From NCBI GenBank assembly GCA_951406725.2, contig OX597825.1:30566001-30630000 (forward strand): 64,000 bases of DNA, written 5' to 3'. Source of the stretch: Octopus vulgaris (taxonomy: Eukaryota). Shown one piece after another: positions 1 to 15,519 of the stretch. Position 1 is the first letter of the stretch; each line of letters begins with the position of its first letter. The notes beneath the pieces were generated by a model. It saw only the letters and a list, made by a program, of their open reading frames with translations, searched no databases and was not told where the DNA came from. A program made the translations under genes and the position numbers.

Positions 1-152
1 TTTTGATATTTTGGCATCTGAAGCAATTGGAGATACTATAATTTGACCAAAAGAATTGGCTATTCCAAGCAAAAATAAATATTGGAAAAAACGTATTTGG
101 CTATATTTGGACATACAAAGGTTTAACATAATAGCAACGATATATATATATG

Positions 153-372
153 TTGTAGCTGTGTGGGGATAAGTTTGCTTCCCACCAACTTTGATTGAGG
201 TTCAGTCCAACTATCTGGCACCTTGCCCAAGTATCTTCTACTGTAGCACTATAGCTTTGGGCTGCCCAAAGACTTATGATAGGACTTGGTAGACAGAAAC
301 TGAAAGAAGCCCATCGTATATACATACATACATACATGCATACACACACACAGACGCACATATATATATATA

Positions 373-409
<37 letters not shown>

Positions 410-619
410 TTGTGTCTGTGTTTGTCCTCCACCACCACTTGACAACTGGTGTTGGTGTGTTTACATCCCTGTAACTTAGTATCCAGTGAAAGATATCAAT
501 AGAATAAATATCAGGCTTAAAGAATTATAAGTACTGGGGTTGCTTTGTCTGACTAAAATTCTTCTAGGCAATACCCCAGTGTGGCTACATTCTAATGACT
601 GAAACAAGTAAAGGATAAA

Positions 620-620
<1 letters not shown>
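153..620 (+). mobile_element. SINE family A (tRNA-like head, internal TA/TG microsatellite), diverged
   Basis: Matches the other family A copies, including the ggcacct..g(g/c)caagt.tcttctact block and the aatgactgaaacaagtaaa tail. Confidence 0.85.
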
Positions 621-1110
<490 letters not shown>

Positions 1111-1965
1111 TTTTAAAATCAGATTGTTTCAGCAGTTATTTCTTAAACTGAAGTTAAGAACACGAAAATCTGAATTGAAAAAAAGCAATTTTGTAAATTA
1201 GAAATTTAATTCAAATCCAAATCAAAGATGAAAAACAAAAACAAAAAACAAATACTGAAGTTTTAATCAATTCAAAATTGTTTCTTTTTCTTTCTTTTTT
1301 TTTTTGCTGTTTTAATTGGATTTGAATTTGAGGATTTTAAGTCAATTTTGGCTTACAGAAGAGAAGTGTTATCAATTTCAAATTTCAAATGGAAATAAAG
1401 AAAAAAAGAAAACAATTTGAATGAACCTTTGTATCTCTGAATTAATTTTAACTCCAATTAAAACAGATAATTCCATCCAAACAATTAACAAACTAATCTT
1501 ACGTTTCACCCATAAAAAAATATAAAAGACCACCGAATTTGATCATTTTTACCTAATGTTTGTATCAACATACTGCAGTGATAAGGAATGTGGTTAATCT
1601 TAACTGCTTATAACTGATGTAGCTGCTCACTGTGCATTTAAACTATGACTTTAATTGTACTTCATATCAGGGTCTTTGTCACAATTCACCAACAATTGTT
1701 TTGGTTTTTAACACGCAACAGGAAATCACCGATAACATTATCACCATCAAAATATTTCATAAAATGAGAAAGAAAAGAAAGAAAAATGAAAGAAGAAGAA
1801 AACCATTATGTGAAGTAGTTGAAAATCAGTTTGAATAAACCATGCTGATAAAACCAAGGTCAATCACATGACGCCACAAAAGCATCTTTTAAATGATTAC
1901 AGAGTTCAATAGGGTATTTCCAAAATAACAACAACAGCAACAACAACAACAACAACAACAATAAC

Positions 1966-1998
<33 letters not shown>

Positions 1999-2439
1999 CA
2001 TAATAATACAAATAATGATAATAATAATAATAATTCTCAAGGAATCATTGACATGAAATCCATTGAATATTTAATGAAATTGAGAAATTCAACCAGTGTT
2101 TCATAGCGAGATTTTTATATTGACAGAAAGCTGTAATCCACTGTAATTCACACATACAACGTTGTCATAAAGAAACTAAATATTAAAAAGAAAACTAAAA
2201 CCCTTTTCAATCATTTGTTGCCAAAAGGTTAACTAAATGAATTTAATTCTATTTTCTGAAAAAACAAGAAATGGAGAATTTGTCCAAAATACATCAATTG
2301 CTTCTTTAGAAATTTAACTTATGTAAAAATTAGAGATTTATAATTTGTTTTTCCCACACATTTTTCTTTTTTTTTCTTTTTTAACCTTATTTTCATATCA
2401 AAGTGTGTACTTGATAGTTTTGTAAAAAGTATTTGGAAA

Positions 2440-3445
2440 TAATTGATAATTTGTGGGTTGTCCCCAGAGCAATGAGAATCCAAAGAAGGTAATTAAGCAT
2501 TTCACCTTCAGCTCAGTTCGTATTAGGGGTTTCAACATTTGACAGTTTCCCATTTAGATCTAAAGTCTTTCATGGTTATATTTTGGCCCCTACTCTGTTT
2601 AATGTCTGCATGGACTGGATACTTGGACAGATGATGACTCATTGAATTATGGAGCTCTCATCAGAGGAACCTGGATTACTGATCTGGATTTTGCTGATGA
2701 TGTGGTTATTCTTGTGAGTCTCTGAATATCTTAAGGAGTGCTTTCCTTTCACTGAATGAGGAAAGGGAACCAGTCTTTTGTTGGTTTCTGGGAGTTTCCA
2801 TCTTGTCTGTCTCTGTTGTGGCTAAGAATGTCGAAGTTCTTGACCCCCTCAGTTATACATGACCCATAGTTGCATTAGCTGCAAGTCCAAAGTCTTAAAA
2901 AGACTTAGATATGCTGAGGCATTCATGCACTCACTGGACAAGGAAGTTTGATGCTGCCACTATATGAGCAGGAAGACAAAGGTTTGGGACTTCAGGACTC
3001 CGGTCCTCCCTATTTTGCTCCATAGTTGAGAGACTTAAACACTGTCTGTGACCCTTAAGAGCTGCCTGAACTCCTTTGGTACCAGGATGTTTTACATGAT
3101 TATGGGCTACCGTTGGCTGGATTTCATATCCAACTAATGACTCCACTCAGAAACTGAGATGTGTCCTGTTATTTGTATGATTTGAAAGTATCAGCTCAGA
3201 CTCTTTCGTCATATTGCTCACTTTTCTTAGTTGGATTCTGCATACTGTGTTCTCTTCTCTGATGACCTGGCTGGAGTAACATCTCATGTTGGTCAGTCAC
3301 AACAGTCTTGACCATGCCACATGAGCAAGGGTAGATGAAGGATTATCTTGCAGAGATGAGGACTGACTGGGACACAGCTGAGCAAATACTAACAAACAGT
3401 GGATGCAGCTGTGTGCTGCAAAAATGCAAGCTCTTGCTACCTGTT
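2440..3445 (+). mobile_element. RTE-clade LINE reverse transcriptase fossil
   Basis: LAPTLFNVCMDWILG from 2583 and ITDLDFADDVVI from ~2675, with stops and frameshifts. Confidence 0.85.
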
Positions 3446-4259
3446 ATGGTCAATTTGAACATGGGTATCTGATTGCTGCTGCTTTTCACTATTAGGAAAC
3501 ATCACTTTTTAGATTATGCATGGTCATAGAACACAAGATTCACCGTTGTAAGGGGACTTTGACATATGTGCAAAGTTTTAACCAATGTGTGTCTTCTCAG
3601 TCAAAGCTACATTGCTGCACCAATGAATCTGACAAGGACAGCAAACATATATTACTTGTAGATGTATGCTGATCTCTGTCAAACAGATAACAAGAATAAA
3701 CTGATATGTTATTATTTGAATTTTTGTTGTTTTGCATGGACCCTAAAAATTATTGCCTCTTTGTCAGACATCAGCAAATAGTTTGTCAAGAGCTAGTGCT
3801 CTTGTCAGAAGCATCACCCCAATGGAGTAGCTTTGCCTGAGGTGAGATATAACAAGGTTGAAAAACTGCAGTGTCTCAAAGTCTCCTTATACTGATGTAC
3901 TACATGTAATGAGCACACATCATTTAAAGGGAGAATTTGTTCTTTGATGATGGAAAACAATAGTAATTAGATATTTATGTTCAAATCTGCCAGAACATAT
4001 TAAAACTGAAAAGGTTTGATATTGTTTGGAAATCATATTATATATCATTGGATGAAATATTCATATTTTTAAACTGGATCCCTTTAATAAGCTTATTGTA
4101 AACATAAACCTAGTGAAATATGTTTGCTGTCAATGTGTTTCGATTACTTTTAAAAATTAATCAAGAATTTTAAGAAACTTTGTAAAATAGCAAACTCTAT
4201 GATTATCAAACTGTTTGATTTTATACATCATTATTCCGGATGGAAGATAGTTCTTAATG

Positions 4260-4640
4260 TCCTTTACAGAGCCTCTGAAACTGGTGTGAAGTGGGGGAGA
4301 AAGTTATCATCAGGCCAGAGATCAGGGTCAAAAGTAATAGAGTGTACTCAGCTGAAGGCATGCAATCTCCCAAATGGCAGTGTTAAATTGGGTGACAGAT
4401 TAGATTCCCCATTCATGCAGACATTGGTGGAATATGAACACAGAACACAAAACAGTGTAACAAATTCCACAAGGCATCTGGTGCAACATTCTTGCAGTTC
4501 CATGAATTGGATACATTTTTATTGACCATAAAACAATAATAAAAAATGTTGTCCACAATAGTATTTGAACTCGGAGTACAAAGAATTTGAACAAGTATCT
4601 CGTGGCATTTTATCCAACTCTCTAACGTCTCTGCCAAATT
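4260..4640 (-). mobile_element. Diverged SINE B-like element
   Basis: Minus strand reads ggcagagacgttagag...gagttcaaat...ggtcaataaaaatgtatc, similar to family B. Confidence 0.6.
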
Positions 4641-5255
4641 GGATGTCTTAAAGCAGGCTTTAACAAAAAGTTCTTTGATAAAATTATGATGAAATGTTTT
4701 AATTTAAAGTTGAAGAGATTAAAATTAATAGTTTTAAGGCAGTTTCAAGTTGGATTGATATCAAAAAGATCAAACACCAAAAATTTAATTGATTGTTAAA
4801 CAGGAACTGACAGCTATTTCATGAGTAAAGAGACAAAAGCTAACTACAGAACGTACCTAACCTAGGAGGCACAATATAATCAGTTGCAGCAGGGTTTGAA
4901 CTCATTACTACATGGTTTCTCTCCCCCTCTCACACACTACCTATCTATCTATTTATCTATCTATTTATCTATCTATCACTTTGTTTTTTTTTCCTTTTTT
5001 CTTTTTTTCCCTTTTTTTTTTCCGATCCCTTTTGATCGGAATTTTACATTTGTTTCCTTTTTTGTTTCCTGTTTTCTTTTTCGATCTTTGAAAAGAAAAG
5101 CTCTACATTTGTATTTGTCCCCTTTGTATTTCAGCCCTGTATGGCCAGTAAAGAAAGTTATCTATCTACCTATCTATCTATCTACCTATCTATTCTCTCC
5201 CCCTCTCACACACTATCTGTCTATCTATCTGTCTATCCATCTATCTATCTGTATG

Positions 5256-5320
<65 letters not shown>

Positions 5321-5432
5321 TTGGATAGAATGCCAGGGGATATTTGTTCAGATTCTTTGTACTCCAAGTTCAAATACTACTGAGGACAACAATTTTTTTT
5401 ATCGTTTTAGGGTCAATAAAAATGTATCCAAT
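5321..5432 (+). repeat. Inverted copy of 4506-4617 inside an (ATCT)n tract
   Basis: Reverse-complement match over ~110 bp. Confidence 0.9.
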
Positions 5433-6624
5433 CCATCTATCTATTTATCTGTCTATCCATCAATCTATCATGCCCTTTCAAACACGTGCTGACAATTTTC
5501 TAAAAGAGCAAGCATAATCAAGTGAATTTACATTTGTATATAACTTGGTTTCAAATTTTAGCACAAGGCCAACAATTTTGAGTGAGTGAGTGGGGTTAGT
5601 TGGTTACATTGACCTCAGTGCTCAACTGATACTTGATGAAAGGCAAAGTTAACCCTCAACAGCATTTGAAAATCTAAAATCAGAAGAACTGCCACTAAGC
5701 ATTTTGCCCAAGGTAGTCATGATTCAGCAAAGCTGTTGAGTTAATAATTGTAGTATTTAAATTAATGATAAAACTATTGAGACTCAAGGGATACCAGAAA
5801 GAAAACTAAGCAGTGTAAAGTGTTTAGCTCTGGGCATTTTGCATTCAATTAACAGTAATTTCTTATTTAAGGCCAATTATTCAAAAGTAAAGGAAATAGC
5901 CAATTAAATAAACTATTTACTAATCCACCAACATCCGAACTCTGCCTGTCTTTTACTCCTTTTCTTCTTCATCTCCACTTCAACTTTTGAATCCCTTGTA
6001 TTAATATGTGAACTGCTTTTGTTAAATTTTCTCCCAGTAAAGAAAGTCAATCTTATGGTGATATTTCTATGTGACTATTTACCTATTGCATATCCATGAC
6101 TTTCTGCATATTCCATCAACTAATCTTGAATATGACAATTATCACATAGTTCTGAGCTTCAAGAAACAGCTGTAAAGTTTAAAAACTATGCATTCTCTCC
6201 TTAGTATTCTGTATTATTTATGCTCTATGTAAATGTATTTGCTTATATTTGCTCATATATATATATATATATATGAGGGAATATTATTCCAAACTTACAG
6301 GGAAGAATTGAATTTAGAAATACTAAATCAAATTCCGCAAAATATAATGTATATATGTATAAATTAGAAAACAAACCACCTTTTATAAATTCAATAATGA
6401 AAAATTAAATTATACTATTTAGAAAAATTACATATTATAAAAAGATTAAATATAAGATAAAACATATAACAATGATTAAGTAATGTGCAAAATAATAAAT
6501 AAAACGTGTATATATATATGCTTGTACATATGTGTTTATTGTCTGAATATATTAAGATATATGTATCTATATATATATATATATATGTATCTACATGTGC
6601 ATATGTATATATTCTTTTATTCTT

Positions 6625-6848
6625 CTTTTCTTTTACTCTTTTACTTGTTTCAGTCATTTGACTGCAGTCATACTAGAGCACTACCTTTTAGTCAAACAAA
6701 TAGTCCTGAGGATTTATTCTTTGTAAGCCTAGTACTTATTCTATCAGTCTCTTTTGCTGAACTGCTAAGTTACAGGGATATAAACACACCAACATCAGTT
6801 GTCAAGTGACAGTAGGAAGACAAACCCAGACACACAAGGATATGATTA

Positions 6849-6904
<56 letters not shown>

Positions 6905-7107
6905 CATACATACATACTTACATAAATATATATATATATATGACACGCTTCTTTGAGTTTCTGTCTACCAAATCCACTCACATGGCTTTGGTCGGCCCGA
7001 GGCTATAGTGGAAGACACTTGCCCAAGGTCCCATGCAGTGGGACTGATGTGGTTGGTAACCATGTGGTTGGGAAATATGCTTCTTATCACATAGCCACAC
7101 CTGCACC
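6625..7107 (-). mobile_element. SINE family A
   Basis: Reverse complement of family A with an expanded internal (TA)n. Confidence 0.9.
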
Positions 7108-7491
7108 TATATATTTATATATGTTTATATATATCAAGCTTAATCATGTGTATCTGCTTCACTATCTCCATATCAACTCACCTGTGTTTCTCCTATGGAT
7201 TTGGCCCTCAATGACAATTTCGGGGTTAAAATTCAAATCATTTGAGCAATACTATGTTTTGTGTACTGAGCATGTCCATCTTTCACTTTTTGACTGTAAA
7301 TATATAATATATAGTGAATGAGTGAGAGTTAAATAAGACAAAGAGATAGAATAGAGTAGTGTTCAAATGAATTTGAACTTAAAATCCAGCTTCTTCATGC
7401 AGGGCAAGGCCCATGGCATCAAAAGTGGCAATAAGAGGGATCCAAATTAAGCTGTTGTGGAGGTAGTGAAATAGATAGACACAGTTAGGCT

Positions 7492-7528
<37 letters not shown>

Positions 7529-7736
7529 TCGAGCAGAAAAGACAGATTATAGGATGAAGAAAAAAATTTGTACGCAGAAAAATTATATTATGTCTTATCT
7601 CAACATTACAAACAGCTGTCAAGATAAAACATTACATAATTTTTCAATATATATATTTTTGCTCTTATTTTCCTCTGTATTTTGTATTCCATGTAAGTAT
7701 ATGCATCAAGCCTGTGTTTATCAGCCTTACTTCCCG

Positions 7737-8155
<419 letters not shown>

Positions 8156-8206
8156 TTATCTTTTATCTCTTATCCTTTATTTGTTTTGGTTGTTAGACTG
8201 TGTCCC

Positions 8207-8239
<33 letters not shown>

Positions 8240-8242
<3 letters not shown>

Positions 8243-8450
8243 CCTTTCTACAAAAGGCACAAGACCTGGAATTTGGGTGGGGAGACCAGTCGATTACATA
8301 GACCCCAGTGTTTCGCAGAACTTGATTTATTGACTCCAAAAGGATGAAAGGCTAATTCGACCATGGCTTTGAACTCAGAACATAGTGGCAGATGAAATAC
8401 CACTATGCATTTCATCCAGTGTGCTAATGATTCTGCCAGCTTGCTACATT
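8240..8450 (-). mobile_element. SINE family B, (ATT)n-tailed variant
   Basis: aggatgaaaggc and tttgaactcagaa blocks; abuts (AAT)n. Confidence 0.85.
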
Positions 8451-8457
8451 AGTGATG

Positions 8458-8537
<80 letters not shown>

Positions 8538-8710
8538 AATATTCTATAATTTTGGATTTTTATCACCTCTTATTTTGAACTTGACAAAGAGAGACTTACT
8601 GCTGAAATATCATTCAACCAATGAAATATCTATTACAATCGAATTGTGCTCTTTGTCTTGACTGTTTACCTTCATGAAGATTTACGTCAATTCTTTATAA
8701 AATAATAGCA

Positions 8711-8761
<51 letters not shown>

Positions 8762-8822
8762 GTAATCCTTTCTACAAAAGCACAAGACCTGGAATTTAGG
8801 TGGGGAGATCCCATAATAATAA

Positions 8823-9030
8823 TGGTTTCAAATTTTGGCACAAGGGCAGCAGTTTTGGAGGAAGGATAAGTTGATTAGATTGACCCCAGTACTTGACTGG
8901 TGCTTACTTTATCTATTTGAAAAGGATGAAACACAAAAATCGACCCAAGCAAAATTTGAACTCAGAATGCAAAGACAGACGAAATGTTGCAAAGCATTTT
9001 GCCCAGTATGCTAACAATTTTGCCAGCTCA
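8823..9030 (-). mobile_element. SINE family B, (ATT)n-tailed variant
   Basis: Same diagnostic blocks, more diverged. Confidence 0.8.
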
Positions 9031-10233
9031 AATAATAATAATAATACTAATAAAAATAATGATAATATAAAATTCTGGCAGTGTTTGAACTTAGAGAATA
9101 GAGATTAACTAAGTATCAATTTCGGACATAGGCACAAGGCTACAACTCTGTGATTGAGGGAATAGGCGATTAAATCAACGGCCGTACTTGACTGGTACTT
9201 TATGGTAGCGATATCAGAAGGATGAAAGGCAAGGTTGACGTGAACAGGATTTAGAATCGGTTCTCAAAGGCAATCTGCTATTTCTGTCACTCAATCACAC
9301 TTATTTTCAATAATATTTAAAATGGTGATGAATGGATTTCTTTGTATCTGCTTATTGATTTAATACTGCAACTGACCTAACTTACAAGCAAATCAGCTAG
9401 CACATACCAGCGAATCAGTATTAGAAAATTTTCCTAACAAACATTTTTAGGCATTTTTTTTTAAGCTTTTTTGTTTTTTTCTTGCTTTCTTTTTCTTATT
9501 TTATTTCATTCATTTATCTGTTTATTTATTATTTCTTTTTTTTTTGTTAACATGGCAACGAGAAAGTTCCTTCCCTAAGTTCCTCAGAGTTCACCAACTA
9601 CAACTTTTAGATTGAAAAGTGTCAAAAGTAATGTGAGATTTTGCAAAATGAAAGACCAAAGAGCAAATGTGAAATAAAAACATCAAACACTGCCAAAAGA
9701 CTGCATGATCACACAGAAACTAATCCACAAGCTGAAGAGAAAATGGTATTATTCATGATTACCTGTTTAATTAAAGATGCTATATTATGCTCTAGCATCA
9801 GTGTCTAGCTATTTAATTCTCAAATCAAATTGTACTTGATTTATTATTAGTATTACTATCAATAAGATAGTGGCATAGCAGAATGAAAGCACTAAGCACT
9901 TGCTGTATTTAGTTTATGATCCTTAACATTCCTAGTTCAAATCATATTGAGATTGCTAAAATAAAAAAAGCAGACTCTGAAGAAATTGGTGGTGCTCTGC
10001 ACTAACAGAAATTCTTTCTGTTCCAGATTATTAACATTTAGATAATTACAGTTGAACTTTTGATTTCTACAAGTCATTCCTATATCCTAAGGCAAGGAAT
10101 TGACAGAGTCGTTAATATGTTGAATAGAATGCTTTGTAGACTTTGTCTCAGTTCTTTGTGCTCTGAGGTCAAATCTCACCAAGGTCAGATATGGTTTTCA
10201 TCTTTCCTGGACCGATACTGAAAACACCAGTCA

Positions 10234-10286
<53 letters not shown>

Positions 10287-10369
10287 GCTGTTGTTAGATC
10301 CAGACAGTGGTAGGATCTGATACCAGGCACACATCCACATGCTCACTCACACAAACACATAAACAACAA

Positions 10370-10405
<36 letters not shown>

Positions 10406-10851
10406 ATATGCACATTATATTCTCAAGAACAGAACAGAGTGAACAATGTGATCTCAGGTTACTGAAAACACAAATTTCGTTGGGCCAGACATGTCACAAG
10501 GCTCACAGGCAACAGGTGGACTCATGCAAAGGCTAATAGGTAGCCAAGAGATCGTGAAAGGTCACTTGGAATACTTCAACAATGACGGGAATACAATTTA
10601 GTTAAGCAATTTGGATCAAGAAGGAAAAGAATGGCATAATTAGCACAGGCAGCATGACTAGAGGCATACTACAGCATCTGATGGTTTGGTCAAGCCGAAA
10701 TTGCGAAGATGATCCGGTTCTTGACTGAAGATTAGAGGCTTTGAATGACCCGTTGGTTTTTTTTGTGTCGTCTATTTGAATGTTTTGCATTCTTGTCCCA
10801 TTTTGTATTTTTATATATATTTTTATACATATATATATATATATATATGCA

Positions 10852-11063
10852 TATAAGAGGCATGACCACTACGTGGACATCCATACGCTAGAAGTAGATC
10901 CGCTATGGTCTTACCACTAAGAAAGGGATGTTCTCAAGAAAATTTTATCAAACGTTCTGCCATTTGCTAATATTTTCTTGAGAACATTCCTTTCTTAGTG
11001 GTAAGATCATAGCAGATCTACTTCTAGCATATGGATGTCCACATAGTGACCACCCCTCTTATA
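10852..11063. mobile_element. Foldback element, ~92 bp inverted arms; same family as 57338-57665
   Basis: 10852-10943 is the reverse complement of 10972-11063; sits in TA repeats. Confidence 0.85.
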
Positions 11064-11749
11064 TGTATGTAATATAATTTTTCTGTATCTTCAGATTTTA
11101 ACATGCTAGACCAGTGGTTTTAAATTGACATTAATCAAATTAATATTCAATTTTTCACCCTCATTATTTGAAATATATATATATATATATATACATACAC
11201 ACAAACACACATATATATATATATACCTTCATTCATATATGTGTGCATATGTATATGTATGTAAGTATTTTCAAGGATAACTTATATTCTGTGTCTTATG
11301 TAATGGGCTTATGGAGTTAAATATTTTTTATTTGTGTTTCCTGTCTTACATTTATAAATGACATGGAGATATAATTCAACTGGGAGGCCAACATCAGATT
11401 TTATTTCTTCTTCTAAAAGTTTGTAATAACATTAAATAACGAATGATAGCTTCTTGAAAAATTATGAGAAAAAAATATTCTCTTTTTAAATGTCATTTTA
11501 TGTGCTTTCCATTCATGCATTACATTTTAATAAGGTTCCTACATGTGGTTTATAGTGTATAAACTTGAAATTTTAGGGTTTTAAAAGGTGTACACGTTAT
11601 AATAATTATAAAGCTAGATATAAAAATACACAGAACTCACTAAAGTATGATCTATAAAAAATTGAAATATTTAAAAAATTTCATATATATGAATATCTGC
11701 ATATGTACATAAATATATATATATATATGTATATCTATCTATCTATCTA

Positions 11750-11812
<63 letters not shown>

Positions 11813-11823
11813 CTATCTATCTA

Positions 11824-11894
<71 letters not shown>

Positions 11895-11923
11895 ATGTAT
11901 ATATATATGTATATATGTATGTA

Positions 11924-11960
<37 letters not shown>

Positions 11961-12433
11961 GCAGGTATATATGTATATGTGTGTGTGTGTGTATACATAC
12001 ATACATATATTGTATATATATAAGAAATTAAACAGACGACAATGAACTTCATTAATTTACAACTGTTTCTGCTCTACTGCTATATGATTCAATGCACTCA
12101 TAGCTGAGAGCAAATTATCTGTCTTCTTATTTATGTGGTGCTGTGCAAAACATAGATACTGTTTAATTCATGCTGAGGTATCCAAAGCATAAATATGCCT
12201 CTTAGTCTGTCCACTATAGAGCTAGCCTAATTTATGACAGCATTATAACAACTGAGTGATTTGCCATGTTGACTGAGAAAGGAAGTCAGGTACACTTTCT
12301 CTGAGGAGTAGTCAACAAGCCATGAAACAGTCCATCAGGAAACGTCCTCTTTTTCCTTCCATCTATCATTCTTATTTCTTTGTAATATTTTAATTTATTT
12401 CACTTCTTCTGACTTACAGTAATTGAGTGTGTA

Positions 12434-12642
12434 TCATCATCATCATTGTTTAACGTCTGCTTTCCATGCTGGCAGGGGTTGGACAGTTTGACTGAGGTCT
12501 GGAAAGACAGTGGCTGCACCAGGCTCCAGTCTGATCTGGCAATGTTTCTACAGTTGGATACCCTTCCTAATGCCAACCACTCCAACAGTGTAGTAGGTGC
12601 TTCTTATGTGCTACTGGTACAGGAGCCAATCAGGTGGCCCTC
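12434..12642 (-). mobile_element. RTE-type 3' tail repeat (family D)
   Basis: Reverse complement of gtggttggcattaggaagggtatcc...gcatggaaagcagacgttaaac(gat)n. Confidence 0.85.
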
Positions 12643-13057
12643 CAAAACAGTTTGATTCAAATTCATTGGTACTCTTGAGTTTCAAGCATGATGCTAGTCA
12701 TCAGCCATTTTGAATTTGAATGACAGAAGTTGATTGTTATCACCCTAAGGTGGGCTGCGATTGGTCAAGGAAGGTCATATGGTGTCATGATTTAATGTTG
12801 ATATATGAGTAAGAATTAGTTGAAAATACCACATAGTGAACAGGAAACTGACCACTGTTCACCATGGGTTATTTTTCAGCTAACTGTAACCCATATACCA
12901 AACATCAAATCACGACACCATATGACCTTCCTTGACCAATCGCAGCCCACCTTATGTTGATAACAATCAACTTCTGTCATTCAAATTCAAAATGGCTGAC
13001 GACTAGCATCACACTTGAAACTTAAGAGTACCAATGAATTTGAATCAAACTGTTTTG
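12643..13057. mobile_element. 415 bp near-perfect palindromic foldback (MITE-like)
   Basis: ~200 bp arms from caaaacagtttg to caaactgttttg; ~11 nt loop at 12844-12854. Confidence 0.9.
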
Positions 13058-13119
13058 ATCCATACGTGTAACTCCCAATAAATTAGTTGAGTGCCCTTCT
13101 TTCATTTACCCACTCAATC

Positions 13120-13168
<49 letters not shown>

Positions 13169-13180
13169 TATATATAAAAT

Positions 13181-13246
<66 letters not shown>

Positions 13247-13446
13247 AATTAGAGAAAAGCCACTATTATGCAATTCAAACAATGATAGACATAAACAAAT
13301 TCATAAATAAAAATAAAATATAGATTTTTTTAAAACATAACTAGATCACAAAAAGTATAAAAATAAATAATCAATATATTTGATTTAATACTAAACTGAA
13401 TTTTTCCCTGTAAGTTTGGAGTTATACTCCCTATATTACTATTATA

Positions 13447-13552
<106 letters not shown>

Positions 13553-14121
13553 GCATGTATGTATAATCAACATTCAGTTGAATAATGTACTTAAATTGTG
13601 GCACCTTGCTAGTTCAGTATAGTGAAAGAGAAGCTACATTTTGTGCTAATTCTATTGTCTTCTTCAAGCTTCCAGGCAACATACCCATGCATAGTCTTTT
13701 TTGTATTCTGAGTGCTTATGCATGTATGTTTGTATGCATGTATGTATCAAAGACAACTTCTATTATTTAAGCCTGAGCATTCAATTTTGAAAATGAAATC
13801 CATATAATTAAGTAGGGTGCCATCTATGTACCGTATTCCCAGCTATTTCTCATAAAGATGTATGATTTATATTAAAGATGTATGATATATATTGTCTCCA
13901 TTCATTTATGCATTTTAGACATGTATTATATGTCTAGCATTATATAAAATATACAGTATCTTATCGTGACAAACTACTTTAAGTTTCATGCTGGGAAGAA
14001 GATATCTGGTACAGCTTGGATCAAGCTATCACATTTTACTCAAAAATCATCAGTTTTGTGTACAAAATGGTTACGTGTAAGACAAGATTATAAGAATAAA
14101 AAATGTCATCTGAAAGTGAAT

Positions 14122-14477
14122 ACTCTTTTACTCTTTTACTCTTTTACTTGTTTCAGTCATTTGACTGCGGCCATGCTGGAGCACCATCTTTAGTACTTAT
14201 TCTATCGGTCTCTTTTTGCCGAACCGCTAAGTAACGGGGACATAAACACACCAGCATCGGTTGTCAAGCAATGCTAGGGGGACAAACACAGACACACACA
14301 TATACATATATATACATATATACGACAGGCTTCTTTCAGTTTCCGTCTACCAAATCCACTCACAAGGCATTGGTCGGCCCGGGGCTATAGCAGAAGACAC
14401 TTGCCCAAGATGCCACGCAGTGGAACTGAACCCGCAACCGTGTGGTTGGTTAGCAAGCTACTTACCACACAGCCACA
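14122..14477 (-). mobile_element. SINE family A with internal deletion
   Basis: Little diverged, CpG-retaining copy lacking the block between the gcacc..cttt and tagtacttattc segments. Confidence 0.9.
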
Positions 14478-15099
14478 AATGTTCATTTTACCTAAAGAAG
14501 TAGTATTTTAAAACATAGATTGCATTCTTTGGGTCATCAACAAATTGATTTATCTTAAAACTTTAAGTACTGTTCCCATTAGATGAAGGGAAAACATTTT
14601 GTATTCAAATTAGGTTCTGTTACAGTGTTTAATTAACTGTTGATGACTAAGTGTAATGACATCTAGTGGTAGAAAACAGAAATTATAACAAATGCACTAA
14701 ACATATACACCTAAATAAATTCAACACAGCATAAAATGCCAACTAAATATATTTTCTTGTGTTTCATTGAAATAAGTTTTTTTAGGTTTTAAACTGAACA
14801 AATATGCTAATGAGCTAAGGAATGCAATTTATGATTTAGAATACTGAGTGACCCTGGATTCCAAGCAAAGCAAACACTCAATGCTTTTTTTTCTTATCTA
14901 TAATCTCATATTGCTTGTAGCAATTCTGTAAACAACCCTAGAGATTGTTGACTAAGGCAGTGACAGCTTGACCTAAGCTGAACCTGATATCTTCACAGTA
15001 TGAAACTTAATTCATTGCAAATAAGATACTGTACATGAAATATTAGTAACTCTCAAATTATTGAGTATTTAATTTTGCTGAACCAATCAACAACACTAC

Positions 15100-15173
<74 letters not shown>

Positions 15174-15237
15174 GCAGGCAGGTAGGCAGGTAGGTAGATA
15201 GGTAGGTATATAGGTAGGTAGGAAGGTAGGTAGATTG

Positions 15238-15268
<31 letters not shown>

Positions 15269-15485
15269 GATAGATAGATAGATAGGTAGGTAGATAGAGA
15301 GACAGACAAACAGACAGGGAGGCAGGCAGGCATGCAGACAGACAGATAGATAGATAGGCAGGTAGGAAGGTAGGTAGGTAGGTAGGTAGGTAGGTAGGTA
15401 GATAGGTAGGTAGGAAGGTAGGTAGATTGATAGATAGGTAGGTAAATTGATAGATAGACAGACAGACAGACAGATAGATAGATAA

Positions 15486-15519
<34 letters not shown>

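Noticed and set aside
6090-7630. (g)aaacagctgt motifs at ~6163 and ~7610 like the 22199 hammerhead 3' half
   Set aside because: No recognisable CUGANGA half or stem I
9546-9559. RFX X-box-like gttaacatggcaac
   Set aside because: Single imperfect motif with no promoter evidence
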